Assembly (NCBI GenBank): GCA_964016885.1
Contig: OZ024763.1
Span: forward strand, 1,612,001 to 1,676,000
Origin: Eledone cirrhosa
Taxonomy: Eukaryota
Direction: 5' to 3'
DNA length: 64,000 nucleotides
The number at the start of each line of letters is the position of its first letter. Position 1 is the first letter of the stretch. Under the pieces are notes generated by a model. That model was given only the letters and a program-made list of their open reading frames with translations. It did no database searches and was not told the origin of the DNA. The position numbers were made by a program, and so were the translations under genes. Of this stretch, positions 39,258-52,030 are shown one piece after another.

Positions 39258-40816
39258 TAAGCCACTCTACTTGGCATTTGTCGACCTTGAGAAAGCCTTT
39301 GACAGAGTTCCACGTGCAGTAATCTGGTGGGCTCTTAGAAAACTAGGAGTAGATGAATGGCTTGTGAAAGCGGTACAAGCCATGTATAGGGGAGCAGTCA
39401 GCAAAGTTAGGATTGGCAATGAGTATAGCGAGGAATTTAGCGTACAGGTTGGGGTCCACCAGGGCTCTGTTCTTAGCCCTCTCCTGTTCATCATAGTCCT
39501 GCAGGCAATAACGGAGGAGTTTAAGACCGGATGCCCATGGGAACTCCTGTATGCTGATGACCTCGCACTCATAGCTGAATCTATGGTAGAACTAGAGAAT
39601 AAATTCCAAACCTGGAAGCAGGGACTAGAGAGAAAGGGCCTCAAAGTCAACATGACAAAGACTAAGGTCCTTATAAGTAGACGAGAAAACAGAACCCAGA
39701 TCCCCTCAGGGAAATGGCCTTGCTCAGTATGTAGGAAAGGTGTAGGTAGGAACTCCATTCTTTGCCCCAAATGCAAACAATGGGTACACAAGAGATGTAG
39801 CGGGATCTCAGGAAGCTTAATTAAGAATGTAGGATTCACATGCAGCAGCTGTGCTGAAACAGCAAGCAAACAGCCACAGGAAACAAGTACCACCAATCTC
39901 TGGGAGGGCCCTGTAGAAACAGTAGACAGCTTCTGCTACCTAGGTGACCGAATTAACAACGGAGGTGGGTGCTCAGAAAGTACAATAACTAGGGTAAGAA
40001 CGGGATGGAAGAAGTTTAGGGAACTACTACCACTGCTAGCTGCAAAAGGCTTCTCCCTCAGAATGAAAGGCAGACTGTATGATGCGTGTATCCGAACAGC
40101 GATGTTGCATGGTAGTGAGACCTGGGCGCTGAAGGTGGAAGACTTACGTAGATTAGAGAGAAACGAAGCCTGCATGCTCCGATGGATGTGTAACAGTAAT
40201 ATACGTGAACGACAAAGCATAAATGAATTGAGAGAGAGACTGAGCATAAGAGGAATCAAATGCTGCGTGCAGGAGAGGCGGTTACGCTGGTATGGACATG
40301 TGATGCGTATGAAGGATGACAGCTGCATAAAAAGGTGCAGAGCACTAGAAGTTGATGGAAACCGCGGAGTGGGGAGACCCAAGATGACTTGGGATGAGGT
40401 GATAAAAGCCGACCTTACCCAACTACACCTCTCAAAGTCAATGACACACGACCGTGACTTCTGGCGTCACGCAGTAATACAGGGTACCCGACCTCCCATG
40501 GGTACATGCTGAAGCATATAAACAATATGCCCCCCCCCCACCGCAAGGTGGTCGTGGAGGTGCCACGGCAAAAAAGCACCCAGCCCACACTGTAAAGTGG
40601 ACGTGTAGGCGCCACGAAAAAGCACCCAGCACTCACTGTAAATGAGGTTGGTGTTAGGAAGGGCATCCAGCTGTAGAAATCAAGCCAGATCAGTTCCTGT
40701 ATGAGCAAGGCATGGTCAGCCGACCAGACACTGCCCACAACAGGACAACCCGTCTAACCCATGCTAGCGTGGAAGAACGGACGTAAAACGGTGATGATGA
40801 TGATGATGATGATGAT
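39258..40816 (+). mobile_element. 5'-truncated RTE LINE, same subfamily as 2956-4673
   Basis: Open RT ORF, 3' UTR and (GAT)n tail. Confidence 0.95.
39259..40512 (+). CDS. RTE reverse transcriptase (partial) with intact C4HC3 PHD-like finger
   Basis: FVDLEKAFDRV, QGSVLSPLLF, YADD, C-x2-C-x10-C-x2-C-x4-H-x2-C-x14-C-x2-C, LRWYGHV. Confidence 0.92.
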   Translation, partial: KPLYLAFVDLEKAFDRVPRAVIWWALRKLGVDEWLVKAVQAMYRGAVSKVRIGNEYSEEFSVQVGVHQGSVLSPLLFIIVLQAITEEFKTGCPWELLYADDLALIAESMVELENKFQTWKQGLERKGLKVNMTKTKVLISRRENRTQIPSGKWPCSVCRKGVGRNSILCPKCKQWVHKRCSGISGSLIKNVGFTCSSCAETASKQPQETSTTNLWEGPVETVDSFCYLGDRINNGGGCSESTITRVRTGWKKFRELLPLLAAKGFSLRMKGRLYDACIRTAMLHGSETWALKVEDLRRLERNEACMLRWMCNSNIRERQSINELRERLSIRGIKCCVQERRLRWYGHVMRMKDDSCIKRCRALEVDGNRGVGRPKMTWDEVIKADLTQLHLSKSMTHDRDFWRHAVIQGTRPPMGTC

Positions 40817-41257
40817 ATGTATGTATATATATTGTGATGTCACTGGTGCCAAGCTGTATCAGCCATTACCTTTCCATTGGACATCATATATAGTGTATAT
40901 ATAATATATATATATGTATATATATATATTGTGATGTCACTGGTGCCAAGCTGTATCAGCCATTACCTTTCCCTTGTAGAATATCAGTGGCATGGAGAGG
41001 GGAGGCTGGTATACATGGGTGACTGCTGGTCTTTCACAAACAACATTGCCTGGACTTGTGCCTCTGAGGGAAACTTTCTAGTTACAAATCTTATGGTCAT
41101 CTCCTCTCCAGGTCTGAATACAGCAGATTTCTTCTAGGTTGTGTATCTGTGTATCTGTGTGTATGTCTCTCTCTATCTCTCTCTCTATATATATATCTCT
41201 CTATATATCTATCTCTCTCTATATATATCTCTATATATATATATCTCTCTCTATATA

Positions 41258-41512
41258 TCATCATCATCATCATCATCAACGTTTAACGTCCGTGTTCCAC
41301 GCTTGCATGGGTTTGGACGGGGGTAGTCCCACTTGAGGCAAGAGTGGTTGTCTTGCTCGCATAGGACTGTCTGGCAGGTTTTCTACAGTTGGATGCCCTT
41401 CCTAACACCAACCACATTTACAGTGTGGGACTGGGAGGTTTTTACCGTGTTGCCTACACGGCCACATTACAGCGTGGACTGTGTGTTTTTTTGTCGTGAC
41501 ACCTACACGATC
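41258..41512 (-). mobile_element. RTE 3' UTR fragment (diverged subfamily)
   Basis: (CAT)n, acgtccg...gcttgcatggg...ggacggg and ggatgcccttcctaacaccaacc are shared with 2956-3230. Confidence 0.85.
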
Positions 41513-41684
41513 TCGTTTGTTTCGGCCTATTTATATATCTCTATTTATCGCTCTCTCTATCTCTCACTCTCTATCCCCCCTCCCCCTCTCTCTATAGAGA
41601 GAGAGAGAGAGCGTGAAACTAATAAACCTTTGTTCATACTGCCTCTTTGTTTTGTTCCCATTCCATTTTTCACTATATATATAT

Positions 41685-41869
41685 AACGAAGGAAATGTGG
41701 TAAGGAACCAGGTGGACCATAACGCACCAAAGTACTCAATACTTAGGGTAGTAGAGTGGGTAATAGGAACGAGTAGGACCCCGACGGCTGAGCTCAAGCC
41801 GTTTCGACGGCTAATTCTGGAATTAGCCGTCGAAACGGCTTGAGCTCAGCCGTCGGGGTCTTACTGGTT

Positions 41870-41874
<5 letters not shown>
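41685..41874 (-). mobile_element. Fold-back element family A
   Basis: Reverse complement of 602-795; palindrome at 41763-41874; (TA)n on both sides. Confidence 0.75.
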
Positions 41875-41917
<43 letters not shown>

Positions 41918-42017
41918 GGAGTTTTATTTAATTTGTTGGAATTCCGACAAACATAAATGTTTATAACTGATATAGAGCACTCAACAAGTTACTGGAGTAA
42001 ATATTCCAAGATAATAA

Positions 42018-42115
42018 TTGTTTCTACTTTAGGCACAAGGCCAGCAATTACCCAGTGTATTACTGGTACTTTATTTTATCGACCCCGTAAGGATGAAAAG
42101 CAAAGTCAACCTCGG
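42018..42115 (-). mobile_element. 5'-truncated Deu/Nin-type SINE
   Basis: Reverse complement of the 3' part of 42305-42483; target duplication CCAAGATAATAA at 42006 and 42116. Confidence 0.85.
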
Positions 42116-42159
42116 CCAAGATAATAATAAATGGAAACTATATTTATAAAACCAATATT

Positions 42160-42224
42160 TATTTTATTATATATATTTCAAGGGCGATCAAGCAAAGCTT
42201 GGTGTGCTTTCATCAGATAAAATA
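42160..42224 (-). ncRNA. Type I hammerhead ribozyme (family B variant)
   Basis: TATTTTAT-CTGATGA-AAG..CAAGC(ttt)GCTTG..CTT-GAAA-TATATA-TA-ATAAAATA; perfect 8-bp stem I. Confidence 0.75.
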
Positions 42225-42304
42225 CAAGATTTGCTTGGTCGCCCTTGAAATATATATAAAATAAATATGGTTTTATAAATATAGTTTCCATTTATTATTA
42301 TGTT

Positions 42305-42483
42305 GGATTGGCAGTATCGGTAGAGGGTCGGACGCCATGCTTTCCAGCATAGTTATGTCCGTTTACGATCTGAGTTCAAATCCCGCCGAGGTTGACTTTG
42401 CCTTTCATCCTTACGGGGTCGATAAAATAAAGTACCAGTAATACACTGGGTAATTGATGGCCTTGTGCCTAAAGTAGAAACAA
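42305..42483 (+). mobile_element. tRNA-derived Deu/Nin-type SINE
   Basis: A box TGGCAGTATCGG, B box GAGTTCAAATC, Deu-like gccgaggttgactttgcctttcatccttacggggtcgataaaataaagtacc; target duplication TTATTATGTTGG. Confidence 0.88.
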
Positions 42484-42949
42484 TTATTATGTTGGTGTAT
42501 ATATATATATATATATATATATTTGTATTGTGAGATACATTTGTCTGGTTGCATACATGTGCGTGAATGTGTGTATAATATGTCTGCGTGTATTTTGAGT
42601 ATTTTTGAATGTGTTTGAGCCAATGTATGTATGTGTGAGTGTTAGTGTGTGTGTGAAGGTTTGTCTGTGAATTTGTCTATATATGTGAACATGCATATGT
42701 GTATGTCTGTGTGTATGTATTTTGAGTGTTGTGTCGAATGTGTCTGTGATTCTTTGAATGTGTTTATGACTATGAATGTCCGTGTGTGTGTCTGAGTGTT
42801 TGTGAATATATGCCTATACTTATAAACATGTGTATGTGTGAATGTTTGTCTGTGAATATATCTATATATGTGAACATGCATGTGTGTATGTGTGTTGAGT
42901 GTCTGTCTGATTCTGTGAATGTGTTTGTGTCTATGAATATATATGTATG

Positions 42950-43357
42950 TGTGTGTGTGTGCCTCTGAATATGTCTATATATGTGTGTGTGTGTGCCTGT
43001 GAATATGTCTATATATGTGTGTGTGCCTGTGAATATGTCTATATGTGTGTGTGTGTGTGCCTGTGAATATGTCTATGTGTGTGTGTGTGTGTGTGCCTGT
43101 GAATATGTCTATATGTGTGTGTGTGTGTGTGCCTGTGAATATGTCTATATATATGTGTGTGTGTGTGTGCCTGTGAATATGTCTATATGTGTGTGTGTGT
43201 GCCTGTGAATATGTCTATATGTGTGTGTGCCTGTGAATATGTCTATATGTGTGTGTGTGTGTGCCTGTGAATATGTCTATATGTGTGTGTGTGTGTGTGC
43301 CTGTGAATATGTCTATGTCTATGTGTGTGTGTGTGTGCCTGTGAATATGTCTATATA
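42950..43357. repeat. GCCTGTGAATATGTCTAT(AT)(GT)n minisatellite
   Basis: About 12 units with variable GT runs. Confidence 0.9.
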
Positions 43358-43918
43358 TGTGAACATGCATGATGTGTGTATATGTTGAGTATGTCAAGTG
43401 TGTCTGCGATTCTGTGAATGTTTTTGTCTATGAATGTCTGTGTGTGTGCGTAAATATGTCTATACATATGAATACGTCTGTGTGTGTGTGTGTCTATGTG
43501 TGTGTCTATGTGTGTGTGTGTCTAACAGTGATTCCGGGATCGATGTATTTTCTTTTATTATATGGTTTAATAAAATCCCGCAATCTTCTAATGTAACTAA
43601 GTTGAAGTTATCTGTTGAATAATAAATAAATCCAGCATGAAGAACAGAAATCAAGGCAAGTGGTGATGTTAACATGTGCAGCAAAGTGCTAACTGCACAT
43701 CTAAATCTGCAAGGCATATGCACGAAGTTAGTCATGCGAGACTTAAGCTCCATGCACTGATGTGTATCAAGTATGATTTGTTTATCAGATCCATCAAACC
43801 TTGTGGAGGGAATTAAAAAGACTATTTCGCGTGTATATATATATATATATATATATACTAATATATATATAAATATACAATATTAAATAAATGGAAACTA
43901 TATTTATAAAACCATATT

Positions 43919-43983
43919 TATTTCATTATACATATTTCAGGGATACCAAATTAAAATATGGTATGCCTTCATCAGACAAAATA
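43919..43983 (-). ncRNA. Type I hammerhead ribozyme (family B) within element 43886-44058
   Basis: TATTTTGT-CTGATGA-AGGcATACCA..TGGTATcCCT-GAAA-TATGTA-TA-ATGAAATA. Confidence 0.78.
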
Positions 43984-44613
43984 CAATATATAAACAGTTT
44001 TATAAATAATTTTGACGTACCCTATTAGATGCGACCATTATTTTTGGAAGCTGTCTGGATAGTGAGATGTTTATAATTATTTAATTAGTTATAGTGTTAA
44101 GCACAGTTAGAAAAAAGACGGAGAGAAAGAAAAAACGGAGAGAGAAAAAGGAGAGAGAGAAAAGGAATGTATGCAGAAAAGAAAGATATATATAAATAGA
44201 TAGGAGGAAATGAAAAAGAAAGAAAAAAAAAATAATATATATATATATATATATATAAAAGAGAGATAAACACAGATATATAGATATGTGTTCAAATCGT
44301 AAAGGACCAGATTCGCTAGGGTGAAAAAAATACTAACTATGAACAATAGGGTTTGCTAGACTCAATTTAAAAGAATAAATCAAGAAAAGAAATACAAACA
44401 GATATTCGGGCAACTGCCAGACTATTGTCCATAGATTTTCACCCTAGCGAATCTGGTCCCTTACGATTTGAACACATATATGTATTGATCTTTGTATATA
44501 TCTGTGTTGATCTCTTTTATATTCAATTATATTACACGGCTCAGAAAAATCTCTTTCCTTGAGCTGTTTAATTGTAAGAGGCTATTTTGAGTTTCTAACT
44601 CAATATATACCTT

Positions 44614-44615
<2 letters not shown>

Positions 44616-44670
<55 letters not shown>

Positions 44671-45278
44671 TATATATGTATGTATATATATGTATATATA
44701 TATATATGTGTATGTATATATATATGTGTATGTATATATATATGTGTATGTATATATATATGTGTATGTATATATATATGTGTATGTATATATATATGTG
44801 TATGTATATATATATGTGTATGTATATATATGTGTATGTATATATATGTGTGTATGTATATATATGTGTGTATGTATGTATGTATATGTATGTATGTATG
44901 TATATATATATATATGTATGTATATGTATGTATATGTATGTATGTATATGTATGTATATATGTATATATATATGTATGTATGTATGTATTTATATAAATA
45001 TATATATATGTATGTATTTATATAAATATATATATATGTATATATATGTATGTATTTATATAAATATATATATATGTATATATATGTATGTATTTATATA
45101 AATATATATATATGTATATATATGTATGTATTTATATAAATATATATATATGTATATATATGTATGTATTTATATAAATATATATATATGTATATATATG
45201 TATGTATTTATATAAATATATATATATGTATATATATGTATGTATATATATAAATATATATGTATATATGTATATATA
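44616..45278. repeat. (TA)n/(TATG)n compound microsatellite
   Basis: Direct reading. Confidence 0.95.
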
Positions 45279-45899
45279 GTATTAAGGATACTATTTATGG
45301 TTATGTATATAGTTATATATATTTTAAACCCTAAATAGTGAAAGACAGTAATTCATTACTACCTTATTACCAGTAAGCTAAATAGCTCAATGTAATAACA
45401 TCAGTTGTTTTACAGAGCAGTTATATGTATATATTATGTGTATATGTGTGTACAGGGATCAGCTGATGAGGGGGTTTATTTTTCAACAAAAGAGAAAAAA
45501 ATGTAGATATTAAGAGTTCAATTGAAATTAATGCATGCAAGATTTCACAGCTCTAGCATCATTCCTTCATAGTCAGCCTTGAAAAGTTTAGAGTCTGACC
45601 AAGATGCTCTCATGGAATGACCAAATGAGGTTTATTTTTCAACAAAGTCCTTAGAAAGAAACAAAGCAGTTATTAATAAGAGTTGAAAATTGATGCAAGA
45701 TTTCACAGCTCTAGCATTACTCCATCATAGTCAACGTATGAACTTTTTAACCGACTCTTGTAAAGTATCTTTCTCAAAGACACACATTGTCACCAGGAAT
45801 TGTAACAAATGACCTCTCTCTCTCTGTCAACCAAATTCCCTAACTCTCTCTGTCAAGCAAATTCCCTAACTCAAGAATATACATATTTATATTGTAGTC

Positions 45900-46530
45900 A
45901 TGGACACACACATGGACACACACACACACATTGACATACACACACACACATTGACAAACACATATACACACACACATACAAACATACACACACACAAATT
46001 GACAAACACATGCACACACAACACAAACACACACACATTGACAAACACATATACACACACAACACAAACACACACACATACAAACATACACACACATTGA
46101 CAAACACACATACACACACACACACATTGCCAAACACACATACACACACAACACAAACACACACACACATTGACAAACACATATACACACACACATACAA
46201 ACATACACACACACAAATTGACAAACACATGCACACACAACACAAACACACACACATTGACAAACACATATACACACACAACACAAACACACACACACAT
46301 ACAAACATACACACACACACATTGACAAACACACATACACACACACACACATTGCCAAACACACATACACACACAACACAACACAAACACACACACACAT
46401 TGACAAACACATATACACACACAACACAAACACACACATACAAACATACACACACACACATTGACAAACACACATACACACACACACATTGACAAACACA
46501 CATACACACACAACACACACACACACACAT
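45900..46530. repeat. TTGACAAACAC/(CA)n minisatellite
   Basis: Direct reading. Confidence 0.9.
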
Positions 46531-46654
46531 TCAAGTATGGACGGATGGACAGCCGTGTAAATATATAAGATTCATCATTTTACTGTTTCTTTTATCTTTA
46601 AAAACCTGGCAGATTTTGTAGGACAATATAACAGGTTTACTAAGAATCAGTTGT

Positions 46655-46707
<53 letters not shown>

Positions 46708-46846
46708 TATATATACACTAACATACACACACATATACTAATATACATATACGCTAGCACATACATACACACACACATATATATATACTAATACACATAC
46801 ATACACATATATATATATATATACTAACTAATACACATACACTAAC

Positions 46847-46879
<33 letters not shown>

Positions 46880-47041
46880 CACACACATGCATACAGTCAC
46901 ATACATGCACACATGCATATACACACAAATTTCCAAACGCAGAGTTTCTAAAGGAAAGCTGAGAAATAATCTGTTGGCTTAAGCAAGTGTAATCACATGA
47001 CTCACGCATCTCTCCAACAAATTGTCATGACATGCAGCACC

Positions 47042-47765
47042 ACACCTCTCCCCAACACCTCTCCCCAACACCTCTCCCCAACACCTCTCCCCAACACCTC
47101 TCCCCAACACCTCTCCCCAACACCTCTCCCCAACACCTCTCCCCAACACATCTCTCCCCAACACATCTCTCCAACACATCTCTCCAACACATCTCTCCAA
47201 CACATCTCTCCAACACATCTCTCCAACACATCTCTCCAACACATCTCTCCAACACATCTCTCCAACACATCTCTCCAACACATCTCTCCAACACATCTCT
47301 CCAACACATCTCTCCAACACATCTCTCCAACACATCTCTCCAACACATCTCTCCAACACATCTCTCCAACACATCTCTCCAACACATCTCTCCAACACAT
47401 CTCTCCAACACATCTCCCCAACACATCTCCCCAACACATCTCCCCAACACATCTCCCCAACACATCTCCCCAACACATCTCCCCAACACATCTCCCCAAC
47501 ACATCTCCCCAACACATCTCCCCAACACATCTCCCCAACACATCTCCCCAACACATCTCCCCAACACATCTCTACAATGCATCTCTACAATGCATCTCCC
47601 CAACACATCTCCCCAACACATCTCCCCAACACATCTCCCCAACACATCTCCCCAACACATCTCCCCAACACATCTCCACAACACATCTCCACAACACATC
47701 TCCCCAACACATCTCCCCAACACATCTCCCCAACACATCTCCCCAACACATCTCCCCAACACATC
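47042..47765. repeat. 13-bp minisatellite CCAACACATCTC(C/T)
   Basis: Three successive variant blocks. Confidence 0.95.
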
Positions 47766-47857
47766 GTCATGATGTGCAGCACATCTGAGAAGAGATCTCA
47801 AAACTACTGGAAATTTGACATTTGGGGATATTTATACAACTCTAACAGATGCTGTAT

Positions 47858-49145
47858 ACCACCAGAACTACTACTACCACAACCACTACCACCAGAACTA
47901 CTACTACCAGAACAACTATCACCACAACTACTACTACCAGAACAACTATCACCACAACTACTACCACAACCACTACTACCAGAACTGCTACTACCACCAG
48001 AACCACTACTACCACAACCACTACTACCAGAACAACTACTAACATAACTACTACCACCACAACCACTACTACCAGAACTACTACCACCACAACCACTACT
48101 ACCAGAACTACTACTACTACCAGAACCACTACTACCAGAACAACTATCACCACAACCACTACTACTACAACCATTACTACCAGAACAACTACTACCACCA
48201 CAACCACTACTACCAGAACAACTATCACCACAACCACTACTACCAGAACTACTACCACCACAACCACTACTACCAGAACTACTACTACTACCAGAACCAC
48301 TACTACCAGAACAACTATCACCACAACCACTACTACTACAACCATTACTACCAGAACAACTACTACCACCACAACCACTACTACCAGAACAACTATCACC
48401 ACAACCACTACTACCAGAACAACTACCACCACAACCACTACTACCAGAACAACTATCACCACAACCACTACTACCAGAACAACTATCACCACAACCACTA
48501 CTACCAGAACAACTACTACCACCACAACCACTACTACCAGAACAACTATCACCACAACCACTACTACCAGAACAACTACTACCACCACAACCACTACTAC
48601 CAGAACAACTACTACCACCACAACCACTACTACCAGAACAACTACTACCACCACAACCACTACTACCACCACAACCACCACCACAACCACTACTACCAGA
48701 ACAACCATTACTACCAGGACAACCACTATTACCAGAACCACTTTTACCACTATCATTACTACCATACCACCACAACCACTACTACAATCACAACAACCAC
48801 TACTACTACCACCACCATCACAACCGTACCACCACCATCACAACCGTACCACCACCATCACAACCGCACCACCACCATCACAACCGCACCATCACAACCA
48901 CTAGCGTACCACCACAACCACTACCATACCACTCCTACTACAAGCACAACCACAACCACCACCAGTACCATCACCACCACCATCACCACCGCACAACCAC
49001 AACCACCACCAGTACCATCACCACCACCATCACCACCGCACAACCACAACCACCACCACTACCATCACCACCACCACCACTACCATCACCACCACCATCA
49101 CCACCACCAATAACAGGGCCACCACAACCACCACCACTACTACCA
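47858..49145. repeat. Compound (ACT/ACC/ACA)n repeat
   Basis: Direct reading. Confidence 0.95.
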
Positions 49146-49312
49146 GTGATGGACTGGGTCTAAAAATATTGGTTGTCAGGTGATAAAGGAGGCTCACCCA
49201 CATATAGAACACTGTCATTTAATGATAATATAATAGAGGAGTGCTGGACTGCATCCTGAATATATTTTTTTATCCCGTTGGTAAAATAAGTTGAATTACT
49301 TTGAATAAATAA

Positions 49313-49491
49313 TTGTTTCTACTTTAGGCACAAGGCCAGCAATTACTCAGTGTATTACTGGTACTTTATTTTATCGACCCCGTAAGGATGAAAGGCAAAG
49401 TCAACCTCGGCGGGATTTGAACTCAGATCGTAAAGGGACGTTACTATGATGGAAAGCATGGCGTCCGACCCTCTACCGATACTGCCAATCC
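49313..49491 (-). mobile_element. Deu/Nin-type SINE, full length
   Basis: Reverse complement homologous to 42305-42483. Confidence 0.88.
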
Positions 49492-49813
49492 AATGAATGA
49501 ATATTACAGAATTTATGTACTAAATTCCGTAACTCTTGATTAAATATAAATCATTTTATTGCTTATTTCAAGATTAACTTCTTTAAAATTTTCAAATGTC
49601 TACACTTCCTGTTAGCGTCCGTTATATTATAACACTTATTACATCGCTTATATAAACGTTCATATATTTGCATCATTATATAAGATTCATATTTCCGTCG
49701 CTAATTTTCTCCTAATGCAGTTTATATATAATATCGTCTTTTTTTTAATGTATCATGGATTACTTTACTGATTACAGAAGACAGTGTAACACAGTCCCTC
49801 TTCAATTTCTGTG

Positions 49814-51799
49814 CATATTGTCTTTTACAATTCTATTTGACGTATCATATTGTCAATTACAATTCTATTTGACGTATCATATTGTCAATTACAATTCTAT
49901 TTGACGTATCATATTGTCTATTACAATTCTATTTGACGTATCATATTGTCTATTACAATTCTATTTGACGTATCATATTGTCAATTACGATTTTATTTGA
50001 CGTATCATATTGTCAATTACAATTCTATTTGACGTATCATATTGTCAATTACAATTCTATTTGACGTATCATATTGTCAATTAAAATTCTATTTGACATA
50101 TATTGTCTATTACAATTCTATTTGACGTATCATATTGTCTATTACAATTCTATTTGACGTATCATATTGTCAATTACAATTCTATTTGACGTATCATATT
50201 GTCTATTACAATTCTATTTGACGTATCATATTGTCTATTACAATTCTATTTGACGTATCATATTGTCAATTAAAATTCTATTTGACGTATCATATTGTCT
50301 ATTACAATTCTATTTGACGTATCATATTGTCTATTACAATTCTATTTGACGTATCATATTGTCTATTACAATTCTATTTGACGTATCATATTGTCAATTA
50401 CAATTCTATTTGACGTATCATATTGTCTATTACAATTCTATTTGATGTATCATATTGTCTATTACAATTCTATTTGATGTATCATATTGTCAATTACAAT
50501 TCTATTTGACGTATCATATTGTCTATTACAATTCTATTTGACGTATCATATTGTCTATTACAATTCTATTTGACGTATCATATTGTCTATTACAATTCTA
50601 TTTGACGTATCATATTGTCTATTACAATTCTATTTGACGTATCATATTGTCTATTACAATTCTATTTGACGTATCATATTGTCTATTACGATTCTATTTG
50701 ACGTATCATATTGTCTATTACAATTCTATTTGACGTATCATATTGTCAATTACAATTCTATTTGACGTATCATATTGTCTATTACGATTTTATTTGACGT
50801 ATCATATTGTCAATTACAATTCTATTTGACGTATCATATTGTCTATTACAATTCTATTTGACGTATCATATTGTCTATTACGATTCTATTTGACGTATCA
50901 TATTGTCTATTACAATTCTATTTGACGTATCATATTGTCAATTACAATTCTATTTGACGTATCATATTGTCTATTAAGATTTTATTTGACGTATCATATT
51001 GTCAATTACAATTCTATTTGACGTATCATATTGTCTATTACAATTCTATTTGACGTATCATATTGTCAATTACAATTCTATTTGACGTATCATATTGTCT
51101 ATTACAATTCTATTTGATGTATCATATTGTCAATTACAATTCTATTTGACGTATCATATTGTCTATTACAATTCTATTTGATGTATCATATTGTCAATTA
51201 CAATTCTATTTGACGTATCATATTGTCAATTACAATTCTATTTGACGTATCATATTGTCTATTACAATTCTATTTGATGTATCATATTGTCAATTACAAT
51301 TCTATTTGACGTATCATATTGTCTATTACAATTCTATTTGACGTATCATATTGTCAATTACAATTCTATTTGACGTATCATATTGTCTATTACAATTCTA
51401 TTTGACGTATCATATTGTCTATTACGATTTTATTTGACGTATCATATTGTCAATTACAATTCTATTTGACGTATCATATTGTCAATTACGATTTTATTTG
51501 ACGTATCATATTGTCAATTACAATTCTATTTGACGTATCATATTGTCAATTACGATTTTATTTGACGTATCATATTGTCAATTACAATTCTATTTGACGT
51601 ATCATATTGTCAATTACGATTTTATTTGACGTATCATATTGTCAATTACAATTCTATTTGACGTATCATATTGTCAATTACGATTTTATTTGACGTATCA
51701 TATTGTCAATTACAATTCTATTTGACGTATCATATTGTCAATTACAATTCTATTTGACGTATCATATTGTCAATTACAATTCTATTTGACGTATCATAT
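49814..51799. repeat. 32-bp satellite, about 62 copies
   Basis: Unit CATATTGTC(A/T)ATTACAATTCTATTTGACGTAT. Confidence 0.97.
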
Positions 51800-52030
51800 C
51801 TAAATGCATATATATTTGCGTATAATATCAATATGCACACTACACCAAAGGGTGGTTTTTCTGCTAGTTTTTATAATGAATAAATAACATTTTCAAAAAA
51901 TACACAAGTGGAAACAAAACAGTGCAATCTGACTACAGAAGATACAGAACAACAGCAGCAGCAGCAACACAACTGCCATCATTACCAACAACACTGCTAC
52001 CACCAAAACATCAACCCCAATGTTTTATGT

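Larger units (their letters stand above)
49215..51867 (+). mobile_element. Non-autonomous Helitron-like element, copy A (contains a SINE and the 32-bp satellite)
   Basis: Colinear with the reverse complement of 55672-56447. Starts with TC and ends gggtggtttttctgCTAG|T. The subterminal hairpin is clearer in copy B (accactc-ttc-gggtggt). Confidence 0.65.

Noticed and set aside
39553-39562. CTGATGA in the RTE
   Set aside because: It is the coding sequence of the YADD motif.
42305-42390. tRNA genes at SINE heads
   Set aside because: Only A/B boxes are retained; each head runs into a SINE body with a tail or TSD, and no cloverleaf is evident.
45463-45500. CTGATGAG as a hammerhead core
   Set aside because: No convincing stem II/GAAA/stem I arrangement; it lies in a diverged ~155-bp local duplication.
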